64,000 bases of DNA from Myxococcota bacterium (GTDB lineage Bacteria > Myxococcota_A > Polyangia > Polyangiales > Houyiibacteriaceae): NCBI GenBank assembly GCA_039030515.1, contig JBCCEA010000005.1, positions 32,001-96,000 on the forward strand, given 5' to 3'. Below the pieces are notes generated by a model that made no database searches, had not been told where the DNA came from, and saw only the letters and a list, made by a program, of their open reading frames with translations. Shown here piece after piece: positions 30,657 through 41,525 of this stretch (positions are counted from its first letter, which is position 1; each line of letters begins with the position of its first letter). A program made the translations under genes and the position numbers.

Positions 30657-31298
30657 TCACAGTCCTGAGGCAAACTTCACTGGAGCCGCGGTTCTATCGA
30701 CCACTTCACTGGCGACTACTCCCTCGGCCAGTTCGACGCAGCAGAAACCTTCAGCCCTCAGGTCAAAAACACCGAGATCCGTGATCACCCGGTCCACCAC
30801 GTGCTCTGCTGTTTTAGGAAAACTGCACGCTGTCACCAACTTTGGTTCCCCAGACTTGCTCTGATGGGTCATCAGCACCACGATGCGCCGACTGCCAGCG
30901 GCAAGATCCATCGCTCCACCTATGCCCATCATCTTACCACCCGGGATCGACCAGTTGGCCAAACTACCCTCTGCATCCACCTGCATCGAGCCGAGGATTG
31001 CAAGGTCGATATGCCCGCCGCGAATCATTCCAAAGGAGGCAGCCGAGTCAAAACAGCTTCCGCCAGGCACCACAGTCACGGTTTGTTTGCCCGCATTGAT
31101 AAGGAGCGGGTCTGCCTCTCCTTCATAGGGGAACGGCCCCATACCGAGCAGACCGTTTTCTGACTGAAGCCAGACTTCGTCTTCGACCGGGATAAAGTTG
31201 GCCACCAAGGTCGGTAGCCCGATACCAAGGTTCACTACCGTTGCAGGAACCACTTCAGAGGCCGCCTTTCTCGCCATCTGCTCACGAGTCCAAGGCAT
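30657..31298 (-). CDS. scoB: 3-oxoacid CoA-transferase subunit B
   Basis: 'VNLGIGLPT', 'QSENG', 'IRGGHID', 'GIGGAMDL'. Confidence 0.92.
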   Translation of the reverse strand: MPWTREQMARKAASEVVPATVVNLGIGLPTLVANFIPVEDEVWLQSENGLLGMGPFPYEGEADPLLINAGKQTVTVVPGGSCFDSAASFGMIRGGHIDLAILGSMQVDAEGSLANWSIPGGKMMGIGGAMDLAAGSRRIVVLMTHQSKSGEPKLVTACSFPKTAEHVVDRVITDLGVFDLRAEGFCCVELAEGVVASEVVDRTAAPVKFASGL

Positions 31299-32064
31299 CT
31301 GCACCTCCAGATCGCGCGGATTCATCACGAGACCGCTCTTTTTTGTATTCAAAGGGATCCTCGTGCTCTGAGACTTCGACGATGCGGTGCACAAATACTC
31401 CCGGCAAATGAATGTCGTCGGGTCCCAAAGCGCCAAGCGGCCTCAAGCGATCGGCTTCTAGAATCGTCGTGGTCGCGGCGGTCGCCATCACCGGAGAGAA
31501 ATTGCGTGCAGTACGATAAAATCGTGCGTTTCCGAAAGAGTCGGCTTCTGCCGCTCGGATCAACGCGAGATCGGCATGCAGTGCGTGTTCGAGTAAATAG
31601 CTTCGCCCCTCAAACTCGCGACGCTCCTTACCTTGAGCAACCAGAGTCCCAACCCCGGTAGGCGTATAAAACGCAGGGATTCCCGATCCTGCAGCCCGCA
31701 TACGCTCCACGAACGTTCCCTGAGGAATCACCTCCACCTCCACCGAGCCGTCCGCCATCGCATCGTGCAGTCGCTGGTTGGTGCCGATATAGCTGAGGGT
31801 GATCTTCGAAACGATGCCTGCATCGATCCAACGAGCAAGTCCTTTGCCGAGGTTCCCAGCATTGTTGCTCATGAGATGAATGTGGCGGACTCCAGCGTCG
31901 ACCACACCGCGAATCAACGCTTCCGGATTGCCGCATAAGCCGAACCCACCGACCATGATTCGGGCCCCGTCCGAAATACCCTCCAAAGCGTCTTGAACGG
32001 TGGGCCGCACCTTATTCCGATGCCGTCCCACGCTCGGCTTGTTCCCGTTTGTTGTACTGCGCAC
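31282..32064 (-). CDS. scoA: 3-oxoacid CoA-transferase subunit A
   Basis: 'IMVGGFGLCGNP', 'PQGTFVERMRAAG.GIPAFYTPTGVGT', 'IHLPGVFV'. Confidence 0.92.
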   Translation of the reverse strand: MRSTTNGNKPSVGRHRNKVRPTVQDALEGISDGARIMVGGFGLCGNPEALIRGVVDAGVRHIHLMSNNAGNLGKGLARWIDAGIVSKITLSYIGTNQRLHDAMADGSVEVEVIPQGTFVERMRAAGSGIPAFYTPTGVGTLVAQGKERREFEGRSYLLEHALHADLALIRAAEADSFGNARFYRTARNFSPVMATAATTTILEADRLRPLGALGPDDIHLPGVFVHRIVEVSEHEDPFEYKKERSRDESARSGGADALDS

Positions 32065-33284
32065 TATGCTTCCTCTTTTGAAACCTCTTCGATCGCTTCG
32101 CGCACCTTGGCAAGCCCTTCCTGCAGTTCTTCGAGCTCAATAGAGAGCGGCGGAGAAAGAACCAAAACGCCAGGGCCGGGTTTGACGTGCGCATGGACCC
32201 CGCGCCGCCACAGTGCTTCTGGAAGCCTGCGGAAGGCTTTTTGTGAGAGATGAAGCTCGGTACCGCTGAGCAGGCCGAGCACTCTAGACTCGCCGACGGT
32301 CTCGAGTGCACGCCACTCGATAAGGGCATCCCGGAGCGAAGGCTCAAGCTCCGCAGCGCGCTCGATAAGTCCGTCTTCTTCATAAACCTTCAAAGCAGCC
32401 AGCGCAGCGGCAACCCCGAGGGGATGGGCGTAGTGGGTCAGACCGGAGGCGAGCACATTGGACTCGAAGTGGGACGCAACCCGCTTGTGAACCAATACCG
32501 CACCGAGAACACCGTACCCTGCAGTAAGCGCCTTACCGCAGGTGATCATGTCCGGGGCCACCTCAAAATGCTCGAAGGCAAACCAGCTGCCCGTCCGCCC
32601 AAAACCGACCAGAACCTCGTCAAAAACGAGCAGGGCTCCGTGTGCATCACACGCGTTGCGCAAAGAACGCATATATTCCGGAGTGGGAATCAGGACCCCG
32701 TTGGCGCCGACTACCGATTCAACAAACACCGCTCCGACATTGCCCTCGTAATCGAGAACGTCTGCAATACGACTCCTCGACTGAGACATATCGTCGAGTA
32801 CGTGCAGCACCCCAGGCAGACCGGGTTCCACCGCGACCCTGCGCCAATCTCCCGAAAGACTTGCCGCCCCCATCGTCGCTCCGTGATAGCTGCGATATCG
32901 GGCGATCGCCTTGAATCTTCCGGTCACCATTCGAGCGATCTTCAGCGCAGTCTCATTTGCGTCCGAGCCACCTAAGGTAAAAAAGACTTTCGAGTAGCCC
33001 GGGGGCGCGATTTCAAGCAAGCGCTCTGCAAGCTCTACTTTCTCTGGATAGACCGCAGACGGCATGGACAAACACAGGCGATCTGCCTGATTCTTTACCG
33101 CCTCGATAATGCGCTGATTCCCGTGCCCTGCGTTTGCCTGATAGGTCAAGCTGCCAAGATCGAGAATGCGAAGCCCCTCGGGCGTCTCAAAGTACGATCC
33201 AAAGCCAGCGGATATCTCCACCGGAAACGCGTCATTTTGCGCACTCCAAGTAAAGAAAAACGGCAATTCATGTGCACTCATCAC
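32064..33284 (-). CDS. Class-III PLP aminotransferase
   Basis: 'GGSDANE', 'SYHGAT', 'FDEVLVGFGRTG', 'PDMITCGKALTAG'. Confidence 0.9.
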   Translation of the reverse strand: MMSAHELPFFFTWSAQNDAFPVEISAGFGSYFETPEGLRILDLGSLTYQANAGHGNQRIIEAVKNQADRLCLSMPSAVYPEKVELAERLLEIAPPGYSKVFFTLGGSDANETALKIARMVTGRFKAIARYRSYHGATMGAASLSGDWRRVAVEPGLPGVLHVLDDMSQSRSRIADVLDYEGNVGAVFVESVVGANGVLIPTPEYMRSLRNACDAHGALLVFDEVLVGFGRTGSWFAFEHFEVAPDMITCGKALTAGYGVLGAVLVHKRVASHFESNVLASGLTHYAHPLGVAAALAALKVYEEDGLIERAAELEPSLRDALIEWRALETVGESRVLGLLSGTELHLSQKAFRRLPEALWRRGVHAHVKPGPGVLVLSPPLSIELEELQEGLAKVREAIEEVSKEEA

Positions 33285-34378
33285 TCAGACCAGCCGAATA
33301 CATGAGGTCTTGCACCATGGATGCATCCTGCAGCTGCACGCACCCACCTCGCTCTGAAATCGACGACCAGACCTGCGCACGTTGCAATTCCGTGTGGGTT
33401 TTCAGGAGAACTGCGGTGCGTGCAAACACTGTCCGGATAGCCTTCATGACTGCCAAGCTGAAGCCAAAGGTCCTCCCACCGGGCGATCGGGCTGCCTTCG
33501 AGCGCTTTTTGCAACGTGCTGTAACGCTCGTAGGTGGTGCTGTCTTTCGCGACAACCGCAAAAGGACGAATCTCATCACTCAAGCAATGATTCGTGTGGA
33601 TAAAGAGGCTTTTTTCCTCACACCACAACTCTTCCAAGACGGCCGATTGGCTGCCGCTCACCTCGATAGAGAACCCTTTCGCTTCATCTGCAAAAAAATA
33701 ATGATGCCCGGAACCTAACGTGGCTCCTAAAATCGTATCGCGTGCAGATTCCGCACTTCCGGCAGCCAGAGCGCGGCGCACCAGTGCAGGCCAAACCACA
33801 CCGACCTTTGCATCTGTGCAGCGCAAATTGTTGATGCCTCCGCCTACTCCATCGGCAGAAAGACCCGCCATCCCCAAACAGCCGACGATGCTGAGCAGCC
33901 ATGCCGAGGGACGTTCGTCAAACTCCGGGACCCGCATCATCATCACGTAGCCCATAGCCGAGCCGTGCATATCCCAAGTCTGGCCAAAAAGGGGGCTCTC
34001 CCCAGTGGTCGCGTAGAGCATGCTGCAGTCGTCGTCTGCGGGTCGATTCATGACAGCACCGCGTTCGGATCCGCGCAGATCTTTTAGGTCGGTGTAGTGA
34101 TTGACCACCACGATCTCCTCCGGGGTCACATCGGCACCTTCCGCGATGCCCAAGAGCTCGTCGTGTAGGCTGGAGCAGTAGCGCTCAAGCAGCGGCAGGT
34201 GATCTCGAGCTGCATCGAGCACGTCGCTGCGATGGTCAAAAGCGCCGCTCTCGACCGCCAAACCCACCCGGATCGCCGCGATTTCCTTGATCAGTGGACG
34301 ATAAGACTCTCCATGCGCTCGACCAAAAAGCCGAGGAGTCATACCGGGCACCGTCTGACCGAGATCAAAAACCCTCAT
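33281..34378 (-). CDS. C45-family Ntn hydrolase/acyltransferase
   Basis: 'DD|CS' autoprocessing Cys, 'GQTWD', 'INNL', 'HTNH'. Confidence 0.85.
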   Translation of the reverse strand: MRVFDLGQTVPGMTPRLFGRAHGESYRPLIKEIAAIRVGLAVESGAFDHRSDVLDAARDHLPLLERYCSSLHDELLGIAEGADVTPEEIVVVNHYTDLKDLRGSERGAVMNRPADDDCSMLYATTGESPLFGQTWDMHGSAMGYVMMMRVPEFDERPSAWLLSIVGCLGMAGLSADGVGGGINNLRCTDAKVGVVWPALVRRALAAGSAESARDTILGATLGSGHHYFFADEAKGFSIEVSGSQSAVLEELWCEEKSLFIHTNHCLSDEIRPFAVVAKDSTTYERYSTLQKALEGSPIARWEDLWLQLGSHEGYPDSVCTHRSSPENPHGIATCAGLVVDFRARWVRAAAGCIHGARPHVFGWSE

Positions 34379-34436
34379 CGTTCGTCTCGACGATACGTTG
34401 GACCATGCATTTTGTTCTTCGCTCTCACTGCAGCCC

Positions 34437-37400
34437 TCACTGACGCGCGCCCTTGGATGCAGTTCGGTTCAAGGCGGCGATCGACTCGTTAAAAGCGGAC
34501 TCAAGTGCATCCCAATCTCCAAAATCGAGCGGCAAAGCGATCGGCACCGCTCCCCCGGGAACAGTGCGCAAAGCAAAGCCACGAGATCTCATATGGCGAG
34601 TAAAACCCTCTGCATGTTCGTTCATGCAAAACACGCGATAGAGCCCAAGACCTCTTGTCTCAAAACCGCTAGAGACAAAAGCGGGCCTGCGCAGAAGCTG
34701 TTCGAAACGTTCTACTTGAGCGGATAGATCGACATGGCGAAGGTGCCTAAGCGTATGATCGCAGCGGATCATCGAGAGTTCATCTCCATCCCAAGTGGAT
34801 ACAAACGTCAGAGGCTTCGTGACAAAAATATCGTCACTGCAGTGCAAAAATCCTGACTGAGCGCCACTCCACCACCCGACAACGTCTGGAATCACAGGCG
34901 CAGAGGAGACGGCAAAAGGACCCCGTGCACTTCGGTAGTAAGAAGAGGCGGTTTCTATGGCGACGAGGGGAATGCCCGTTTCATCGCGGAACCGTTTGAG
35001 CTTCAAGAAAAAGGCATCTGAAATAGTCTGCCCGGTTCGCTCCTGCAGCGTTTCGAAAAATAGGCCCACGATTTTTTCAGCTCCACCCAGCGCATCGACG
35101 CGTCGCATGAGCGCCTGGATACTCAGCTCTTCGTCGTCACAGGGGTGCGGCACTCGAAAGAAATTGCGGAAGTAACTCGGTCCCTGTCGATGCAGATCAG
35201 GATCGCTGAGCGCACGGGCTGCAGCGGTCGTGTGCCCAAAGTATCCTCCCGAGAACCCCAGAACCGACTGTGATTCAGCGCGGTGATGTCGCAGCAGACG
35301 CACAGCTTTATCGAAAACCTCATCCCGAGAAGACGCGAGATAGAGATGAGGCAGGGCGGGCATGAGGGATTCCACGCACTCCACCGCCCGCGCTACCGCC
35401 GGAGTGATGTAATTGCAAAGGGTGATCTTATTGACCGCGGGACCAAACAGCCCTCCTCGCTCATGAAGCGCGGTGAGAGAAGCCGGCACGGACGATAGCG
35501 GCTGAAGTGAAGCTAAGTCGTAGTCGGGACTTGGGGCTTTCGGTATGCTTTTTCCGGGTGGCGGATCCACCTGAAAAGCTCCGAGCGGCATGCGGTAGTA
35601 CCGAGCTGCAGCTTGCGCTTCATACTGTGACTCCAGTCGAAAGACTTCATACCCACCGAGACGCTCGCTGATGCGCATCATCGCATCGGTCGCTCCAACC
35701 CGGTTTCGTGCCGTCGCATGCCGATAGCGGGGCGACGCATCTTCTCTTCGTATCGAGGCGGCTGCCCGAAGCTGCGCGCTCTTGAGCTTGTATCCAAGAC
35801 CCAACCCGCGGAACTCCGGATCTACGGTGAGCGCCAAGGAGTACAAAGTATGTTCAGCGCCATAGTAAGGATCGTCAACGCATCCATCGAGGTTTTTGAT
35901 CCGCTCTAGCGGTGCACCTAGGGCCGAACCGACCAGCCGCATACCAGACTCGGTCTTCACCTCAGCGACAACAGCGACGCCGCCCTCTTCAAAAGCCATC
36001 TGCAGCTTGGTCCGCGCATCACGTCGGGCCGCTTCATAGACCTTGGCTTCAAGCGCCATGATGGCGTCGAGAAGTGCCTCAGCCTCGTCGGGTGTGGCCA
36101 CCCGAACCGTCACCGAGTCGCATACGCTTCCCGCTCTCTCGGTCGACGGGATGCGGGAGTCGTCCTCCCATGCGGGCGCCGGACCTTGATGCTGCTGCAT
36201 CCACTCTAGGGTATGAGTGATCGCCTCAAATAGCCGTTCCACGTGAGCGAGCGCGAAGCTGCGATTCAGTCTGTAGCGCACGGTCTTGGTGCCCGAACCA
36301 AACACGATCGCTCCTCGATAAAAGCGCTGCGCGAGGTAGATCGAGAGCATCTCGGCGGAGGGCATATCAAACGCAAAGGCATACCCCCTGCATCGTGGAT
36401 TGTGCACCAACTCTGCAAACCGCTGGGCAAGCGAATCGAGCCGTGTATTCACCCACGCCTCTATGGAACGCGCATAGTCATCGCCCGCCAATACCTCAGC
36501 GTGAAGGCGACCACGCACGAGCGAAGCAAGATGAACGCTGGTGGGCTCCGGATCGGCAAACCGACTCAGAACCACGCCGACCTGAGCTCGCTTGGCAAAC
36601 GTCACACAGTCGGGAACATCCGGGCGACCGTCAAGATCGACGAGCCCATACTGGTGATGCCAAGCAAAAGTTCCTCCAAGACCGAAGCCGGTCTGAACTT
36701 CATCGAAGATGAGTGAAGTGTGGTGGACGCGGGTCAACACGCGAAGGGCGCGAAAAAAACGAGGGCTCGCGTATCGATCCCCGCCTTCGCTTTGCATCGG
36801 CTCGATCGCCACCGCGGCATAGGTATTCGTCAAAAGAGCCCGATGCAAAAACTCGAGCGAGTCCAACTCTGCCCGCAAAAGCGGATCGGCACCCGCATCA
36901 GAGCGCAGCGCATCGAAGTCGCCCTGAGCGACCGCATGCAAAAACCCTTCGGGCTCCACCGGGTCGCCAGAGTTGGGTGCAGTCCAATTGGGAAAAGGCG
37001 CAAAACACACTTCGTGACCTTCGAACTCATAGGGAGTCCGCTTCGATGGGCTGTGGCTCGCATGGAGCGCTAGTAAGGTTCGTCCGTGAAAACTGCCTTC
37101 GAATACGAGCAGCCGAGTCGCCTTAGGATTGCGTGCCCTCGCGCTACCTAGGCATAGGGCAAAGGCCTTTTCGCAAGATTCTGCACCACTATTGACAAGG
37201 CTCACCTCGAAAAGCCCCGGCACTAGAGAACGCATCGTCTGCGCAAAAGCATCAAGCTCCGGATGCCCCACCGCAGTGGTATCTGGGCACTGTAGAAGGG
37301 TATCGCCGAACTCGCCTTCAACGTACGCGCGAACCACGCGATCGGCCGCAAACCCGAGGGGCATGGTGGCCGTCTGACTCATCCCATCGAGGACAACCAG

Positions 37401-37664
37401 GCTCGGCTGGTCCAAGGAAGCCATGTACGGACCGTACGAGCGGAGATGATCGAACACCCCGGGTTTTTTCTCGCGAACCATGCGATCGCTGCCGTAAAAC
37501 CGGTGAAGCCAGCGCGTAGATGTCGGCAGGACACCGCCCGGGGGCAGCTGAATCCGCATCGGCCGAGGAGACCCAAGAAGCGACCGCTCCGCCTCTGCTG
37601 TTTCCTCCTGCTCGCAGGGCACTTCCGGTGGATCAAGCGTAGCGGTCGTCGAGGTGGTGGTCAT
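34437..37664 (-). CDS. Fusion: class-III aminotransferase (LAT/GabT-like) - GNAT - degenerate aminotransferase
   Basis: 'SGAE', 'FHGRT', 'EPMQSEGGD', 'FDEVQTG', 'AKRAQVG'; GNAT 'VDPEFRGLGLG'; second copy 'YFGHT', 'STWDG' without the PLP lysine. Confidence 0.85.
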   Translation of the reverse strand: MTTTSTTATLDPPEVPCEQEETAEAERSLLGSPRPMRIQLPPGGVLPTSTRWLHRFYGSDRMVREKKPGVFDHLRSYGPYMASLDQPSLVVLDGMSQTATMPLGFAADRVVRAYVEGEFGDTLLQCPDTTAVGHPELDAFAQTMRSLVPGLFEVSLVNSGAESCEKAFALCLGSARARNPKATRLLVFEGSFHGRTLLALHASHSPSKRTPYEFEGHEVCFAPFPNWTAPNSGDPVEPEGFLHAVAQGDFDALRSDAGADPLLRAELDSLEFLHRALLTNTYAAVAIEPMQSEGGDRYASPRFFRALRVLTRVHHTSLIFDEVQTGFGLGGTFAWHHQYGLVDLDGRPDVPDCVTFAKRAQVGVVLSRFADPEPTSVHLASLVRGRLHAEVLAGDDYARSIEAWVNTRLDSLAQRFAELVHNPRCRGYAFAFDMPSAEMLSIYLAQRFYRGAIVFGSGTKTVRYRLNRSFALAHVERLFEAITHTLEWMQQHQGPAPAWEDDSRIPSTERAGSVCDSVTVRVATPDEAEALLDAIMALEAKVYEAARRDARTKLQMAFEEGGVAVVAEVKTESGMRLVGSALGAPLERIKNLDGCVDDPYYGAEHTLYSLALTVDPEFRGLGLGYKLKSAQLRAAASIRREDASPRYRHATARNRVGATDAMMRISERLGGYEVFRLESQYEAQAAARYYRMPLGAFQVDPPPGKSIPKAPSPDYDLASLQPLSSVPASLTALHERGGLFGPAVNKITLCNYITPAVARAVECVESLMPALPHLYLASSRDEVFDKAVRLLRHHRAESQSVLGFSGGYFGHTTAAARALSDPDLHRQGPSYFRNFFRVPHPCDDEELSIQALMRRVDALGGAEKIVGLFFETLQERTGQTISDAFFLKLKRFRDETGIPLVAIETASSYYRSARGPFAVSSAPVIPDVVGWWSGAQSGFLHCSDDIFVTKPLTFVSTWDGDELSMIRCDHTLRHLRHVDLSAQVERFEQLLRRPAFVSSGFETRGLGLYRVFCMNEHAEGFTRHMRSRGFALRTVPGGAVPIALPLDFGDWDALESAFNESIAALNRTASKGARQ

Positions 37665-37780
37665 CAGAGCGAGTTTACCTCGCAGCGCATCGTCTTATGT
37701 GGATGAATCGAGCTTCGAGATCGAGTTGACGCGATTGCACAAAAACACGATGCGGTCCCCAAGTGCACAGCGCCTCACCT

Positions 37781-38632
37781 CTACTGATAGGTCACCGACA
37801 GACCCAACCCAAAACTATGGAACGAATAGCCGTCGGCGCTCGGGATACCGAGGTAGGTGTAGGAGACGGCCAATCCTAGGGCCCAACTATCGCTGACCCA
37901 CCACTCTTTGCCGCTGCTCGCTAAGAGCGCAAGTCCGATATCCGTATCGTACGTAAAACTGGTGGCTTCGACCCGCGCAGAGGCAAGACCTAGAGAGCCG
38001 CTCACAAAGATGTTCTTCGGCATCATCCAATAGGTCACCCCAATACCGAGCCCGCCGGCGCTTACGTAGACTTCTTCGTCGCTGCCTAAGGGCAAAGCGG
38101 ATCCGTCGGCTCTAGGCCCGGGGGCGGTGACGGCGAGGAGATTTCCGTGAAGCGTGAGATTTGGAGCTACGCTGCCGCCGATCGCGATGTCGGTGAACGC
38201 GACGCCTCCCCTCATGTTCAAGTCTGGGGTGGAAAAGTCTCCGGTCGCGTAGCCTCCGCCAAGCATGATGCGCAGCATGACCCCGTCATGTTCATGAACT
38301 CCGGACGCAGGCCGGACAGTTTGGGGGTCAGGTCCGCTCTGGACGGTCTCGGGCAGTGCATCCGAAGGCACCATGGACCGATACGCGGACGATTCGCTGG
38401 AAGCGGAGGGACGATAGCTGGCTGGGGGAGCGGGCACCTCGATCGGGGCGTCGGCGGACAAAGGCGACGCAGCGGAAGTGGGTTCGTCAGAGGACTGCCC
38501 GAGTGGATCGTCCAGCTCGGCAGAGCCTTCTTGGGCAAGAGAGGAGCGGACCTCTCCGAACACAAAAAAGAACACGGCAAACGCAACAGCGCACCGCGTC
38601 TGCGCTATCCGATGCATCTCAGAACCCGCCAT
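37781..38632 (-). CDS. Small outer-membrane beta-barrel protein
   Basis: Signal peptide, low-complexity linker, 'HEHDG', Gly-rich strands, 'GKEWWVSDSW', terminal 'SVTYQ'. Confidence 0.7.
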   Translation of the reverse strand: MAGSEMHRIAQTRCAVAFAVFFFVFGEVRSSLAQEGSAELDDPLGQSSDEPTSAASPLSADAPIEVPAPPASYRPSASSESSAYRSMVPSDALPETVQSGPDPQTVRPASGVHEHDGVMLRIMLGGGYATGDFSTPDLNMRGGVAFTDIAIGGSVAPNLTLHGNLLAVTAPGPRADGSALPLGSDEEVYVSAGGLGIGVTYWMMPKNIFVSGSLGLASARVEATSFTYDTDIGLALLASSGKEWWVSDSWALGLAVSYTYLGIPSADGYSFHSFGLGLSVTYQ

Positions 38633-39260
38633 AGAGTGCACACGGTAAGAAATGGTTCGCGTGCGGACAAGCAAAGGCCACCTTTTCTTGGTGACTTTGG
38701 ACGCTAACGTAGCCACGGGCGGACGGGGACCCATCCCGCCCGCCCGTGCACTCTAGCGCTGCTGCCGTATGTCGCAGCAGCTCCCCACCACCATGTTCGT
38801 CGAGCCCTATCCATCCGCGGACCGGTCACAGACCGGACGCTCATTCTTTGCAGTACCAGCGCGCGATGCCTCGGGATCAAACGCCGACGTCGGCCCGGAC
38901 AAGAGTCCTTAGTACTCTCTTGTAGCGTCTCTGCTGTCGTCGAAGGATTGTCCTGGAATGCGTGGTTCACTCTTTGTTGATGCCCCAGGAAAACGCGTCG
39001 CGTCAAGTCTGTGTGGCGTCATGGTTCGACCCTCAACAGCATGATTTCGTGTCAAAGGAGATCGAAAAAGATCTAATTGCGACAGAAGATGATCGCAACG
39101 GCGCATCATGACCGTTTTTTGCACACTTGAGTGCAGCATCGCTTTATGAGGCATCACACGACTTAGGAATCTATTTTGTGCGTTCTCTCAAAATCAAATC
39201 TAGGCCTTAAGATCTGGTCGAGCCGAGATGATCTGCACATCCATGCACGCCCCTATCGGC

Positions 39261-39329
39261 GCTCAATGGCAAGGAGCTCAATGGCAAGGAGCTCAATGGC
39301 AAGGAGCTCAATGGCAAGGAGCTTGATGG
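39261..39329. repeat. Intergenic 15-bp tandem repeat x4.6
   Basis: GCTCAATGGCAAGGA x4 plus a partial copy. Confidence 0.95.
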
Positions 39330-39342
39330 GACCCCGACTGCT

Positions 39343-41356
39343 TCAGAGGCGATCGATCACCGCGACGTCTTCGAGCAGCAGACTGGTCAAAAAGCGAGTG
39401 CGGATCAAAGCGACCTCAGGATCGTCAAAAGCCACAAAATGCCCGCCAGCTGCCTGAACAAGTCCGGCGGTCGACACTCCGAATGCTGTATTTTGGCTTA
39501 CCGGCGCGACGACAGACGCAATGCCCAGTATCGACAGTGCAGAAATCGGCTGAAGCACCGGTTCGACCTGGGGGATCTGCGCTGCAGTAGCGAGCGCCTC
39601 GATGGAGCTCGGGGGGGTATATGCATCTGCAACGCCTTCGGTCTGCAGCAACGAATGGCCGCTCGGGACAGCGGAAGCGGCGTAGTTCACCGGATCTGCG
39701 GACTCCGCAAATGTTTGCACCAAACTGAGCACCGGATGCTCTAAGCGAAGCGGATCTCCCTCGGGGTCCGCTTCAGGCCCGATCCGGACGATCGAGCGAA
39801 GGAGGGTGGGCACATCCACCGGCTCCTCCTTTTCTACCAGAGCCACCGAAAGAACGGCGCCCGCGCCGCTGAGAACCCCCCCAAGGGTGACGTCGTCTAT
39901 CGCCACAAAAATCGATTGGCTGATCCCCCCTTGAGAATGACCAAACACCGCAATTCGGTCGGTGCGCAACGCGGCATTTCTACCGAGAAGCGACATGGGC
40001 AGCGTCAACCGTTGACACAGCCGTACCTGCTGAACTAGGTCGACCACGCTCTGACGGAAGTTGTCTCGAAAAGCTTCGGGATTCACCACGTTGAATGCAG
40101 CCAGATCCTCGGGAGCGCCGGTGGGATTCCGCTCGCCATGGTGAATCTGGTCAAACCCGATTACTGCGATGCCCTGCTCTGCCAAGTCTTGTGCCACGCC
40201 ACTGCGAACGAAAGACAAGTAGTCGCCACCTGCTTCCGTGAGCGTAGACCACGATGGGATAGCCGGCGCTGCCGAGGCCTGGTGACGTCGAGTCTGCAGG
40301 AATCGAAAGCGCAAACCTCGGCTGCAGCACGTCCTGCAGAATCGGTTCGCCATCGACCCATTGAATGTCGCCTCCGTCCTCAAAATAGGGAGCGTCCCCC
40401 TGCTGAAACACGGGCAGGGCATCGAACCGTCCTTCCAGAAGCGTGAACCCTTCGGCGTGCGTCAGAACGCGCCAGGCGCTTTCCATCGCCAAGGGCGGGT
40501 CGACGTTGTCGAGCATCCACTGCCGCAGCGTCTCGAGCTCAGCTCTAGGATCCTGAGTCGTGAAGACGGTAACACCGCGAAGCCTGTCGAGCGCGATCCC
40601 GGAATCTTGCGCCCAGTCGATTAGGGGACGCAGCACGGCTCTTGCTTCGTCTTGCCCATCCCCGGTCGCGCCAAACAACAACTGTTCGAGATACCGATCG
40701 CGAACGTAGCTTTCGCCATCTTCAGTGCGCACGTCATCGGTGAGGACCAAGCCGTAGGTCGTATCTCCGTCGAGCGGGATTCCTAGAATCGGCCGAACCG
40801 CCAGAGTATGGCTCGGCCAGTACGGGGTGGCGGTCTCGCGAAAGTAATACTCGACTGGATGTCGCCTGCCGTAATCGGAACTCTCTGAATCGAGATTGAC
40901 GAGAAACACCGAGGCGTCTGAGCTCAGGGCTGCCTGAGGATCTGCGGGTAAGGTCCCCAAGTCGGGCGGCTCCGAAAGACGCAGATACATGGCCGAGTTG
41001 GTGCCGAAACCGGTCAGCGAAGAAGCAGCGTCGATGTACTCCTGCAGTAAAGACAGCTCAAACGGATTGGGCCAGGCGTCCAATTCGAGTGTGCCATCGG
41101 GGTTTTTGCGTAAGTCCGAGGGAAATGGGAGGTCAAAAAAGGAGCCGTCCTCAGAAAAGTACGCAAAGGGCAACCCCTCGATCCTCGGATCGAGTTCGAC
41201 CGAGGCGTCGACTTCACTCGATCGACTCGTATGACAAGCGCTAGCGCAAGCTAGGAGAATCACGAAGACCTGCAGGCTCATTCGCTTTATTTGAAATGGG
41301 TAGCAGAACCTCAGCATGCTCTTTGGTTCGAATTGCGGATTCGAATTTCGTTTCAT
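39343..41356 (-). CDS. Lipoprotein alpha/beta-hydrolase (lipase-like), frameshifted near 40234
   Basis: Lipobox 'ASAC', 'PFPSD', 'GFGTN' in ORF 40151-41356; 'HGER', 'GHSQGG', 'GGHF' in ORF 39343-40422. Removing one base restores 'VVYAHGAGGDY'. Confidence 0.8.
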
Positions 41357-41525
41357 TTGACACTCTGTTTGAAGTTAGTCGTCTGTCGCTCGGCGTATCA
41401 AGAAGAATCGAAGACGTGCCTTGAGACGCATTTGGGTACGGAGCTTTGTCGGCAGACTCCATCTGCAAGCAAATGAGCCTTAAAAGAGCATGGCGCCGCA
41501 TTGAGAGCTCGTGTTAACGAGTCCC

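Noticed and set aside
33281..37664. Beta-lactam cluster (LAT-like plus IAT-like C45)
   Set aside because: No ACV synthetase or isopenicillin N synthase in the window; both families are widespread.
39261..39329. CRISPR-like or coding repeat (also 62612-62677)
   Set aside because: Head-to-tail units without spacers, so simple VNTRs; the ORFs across them are short or are N-terminal over-extensions.
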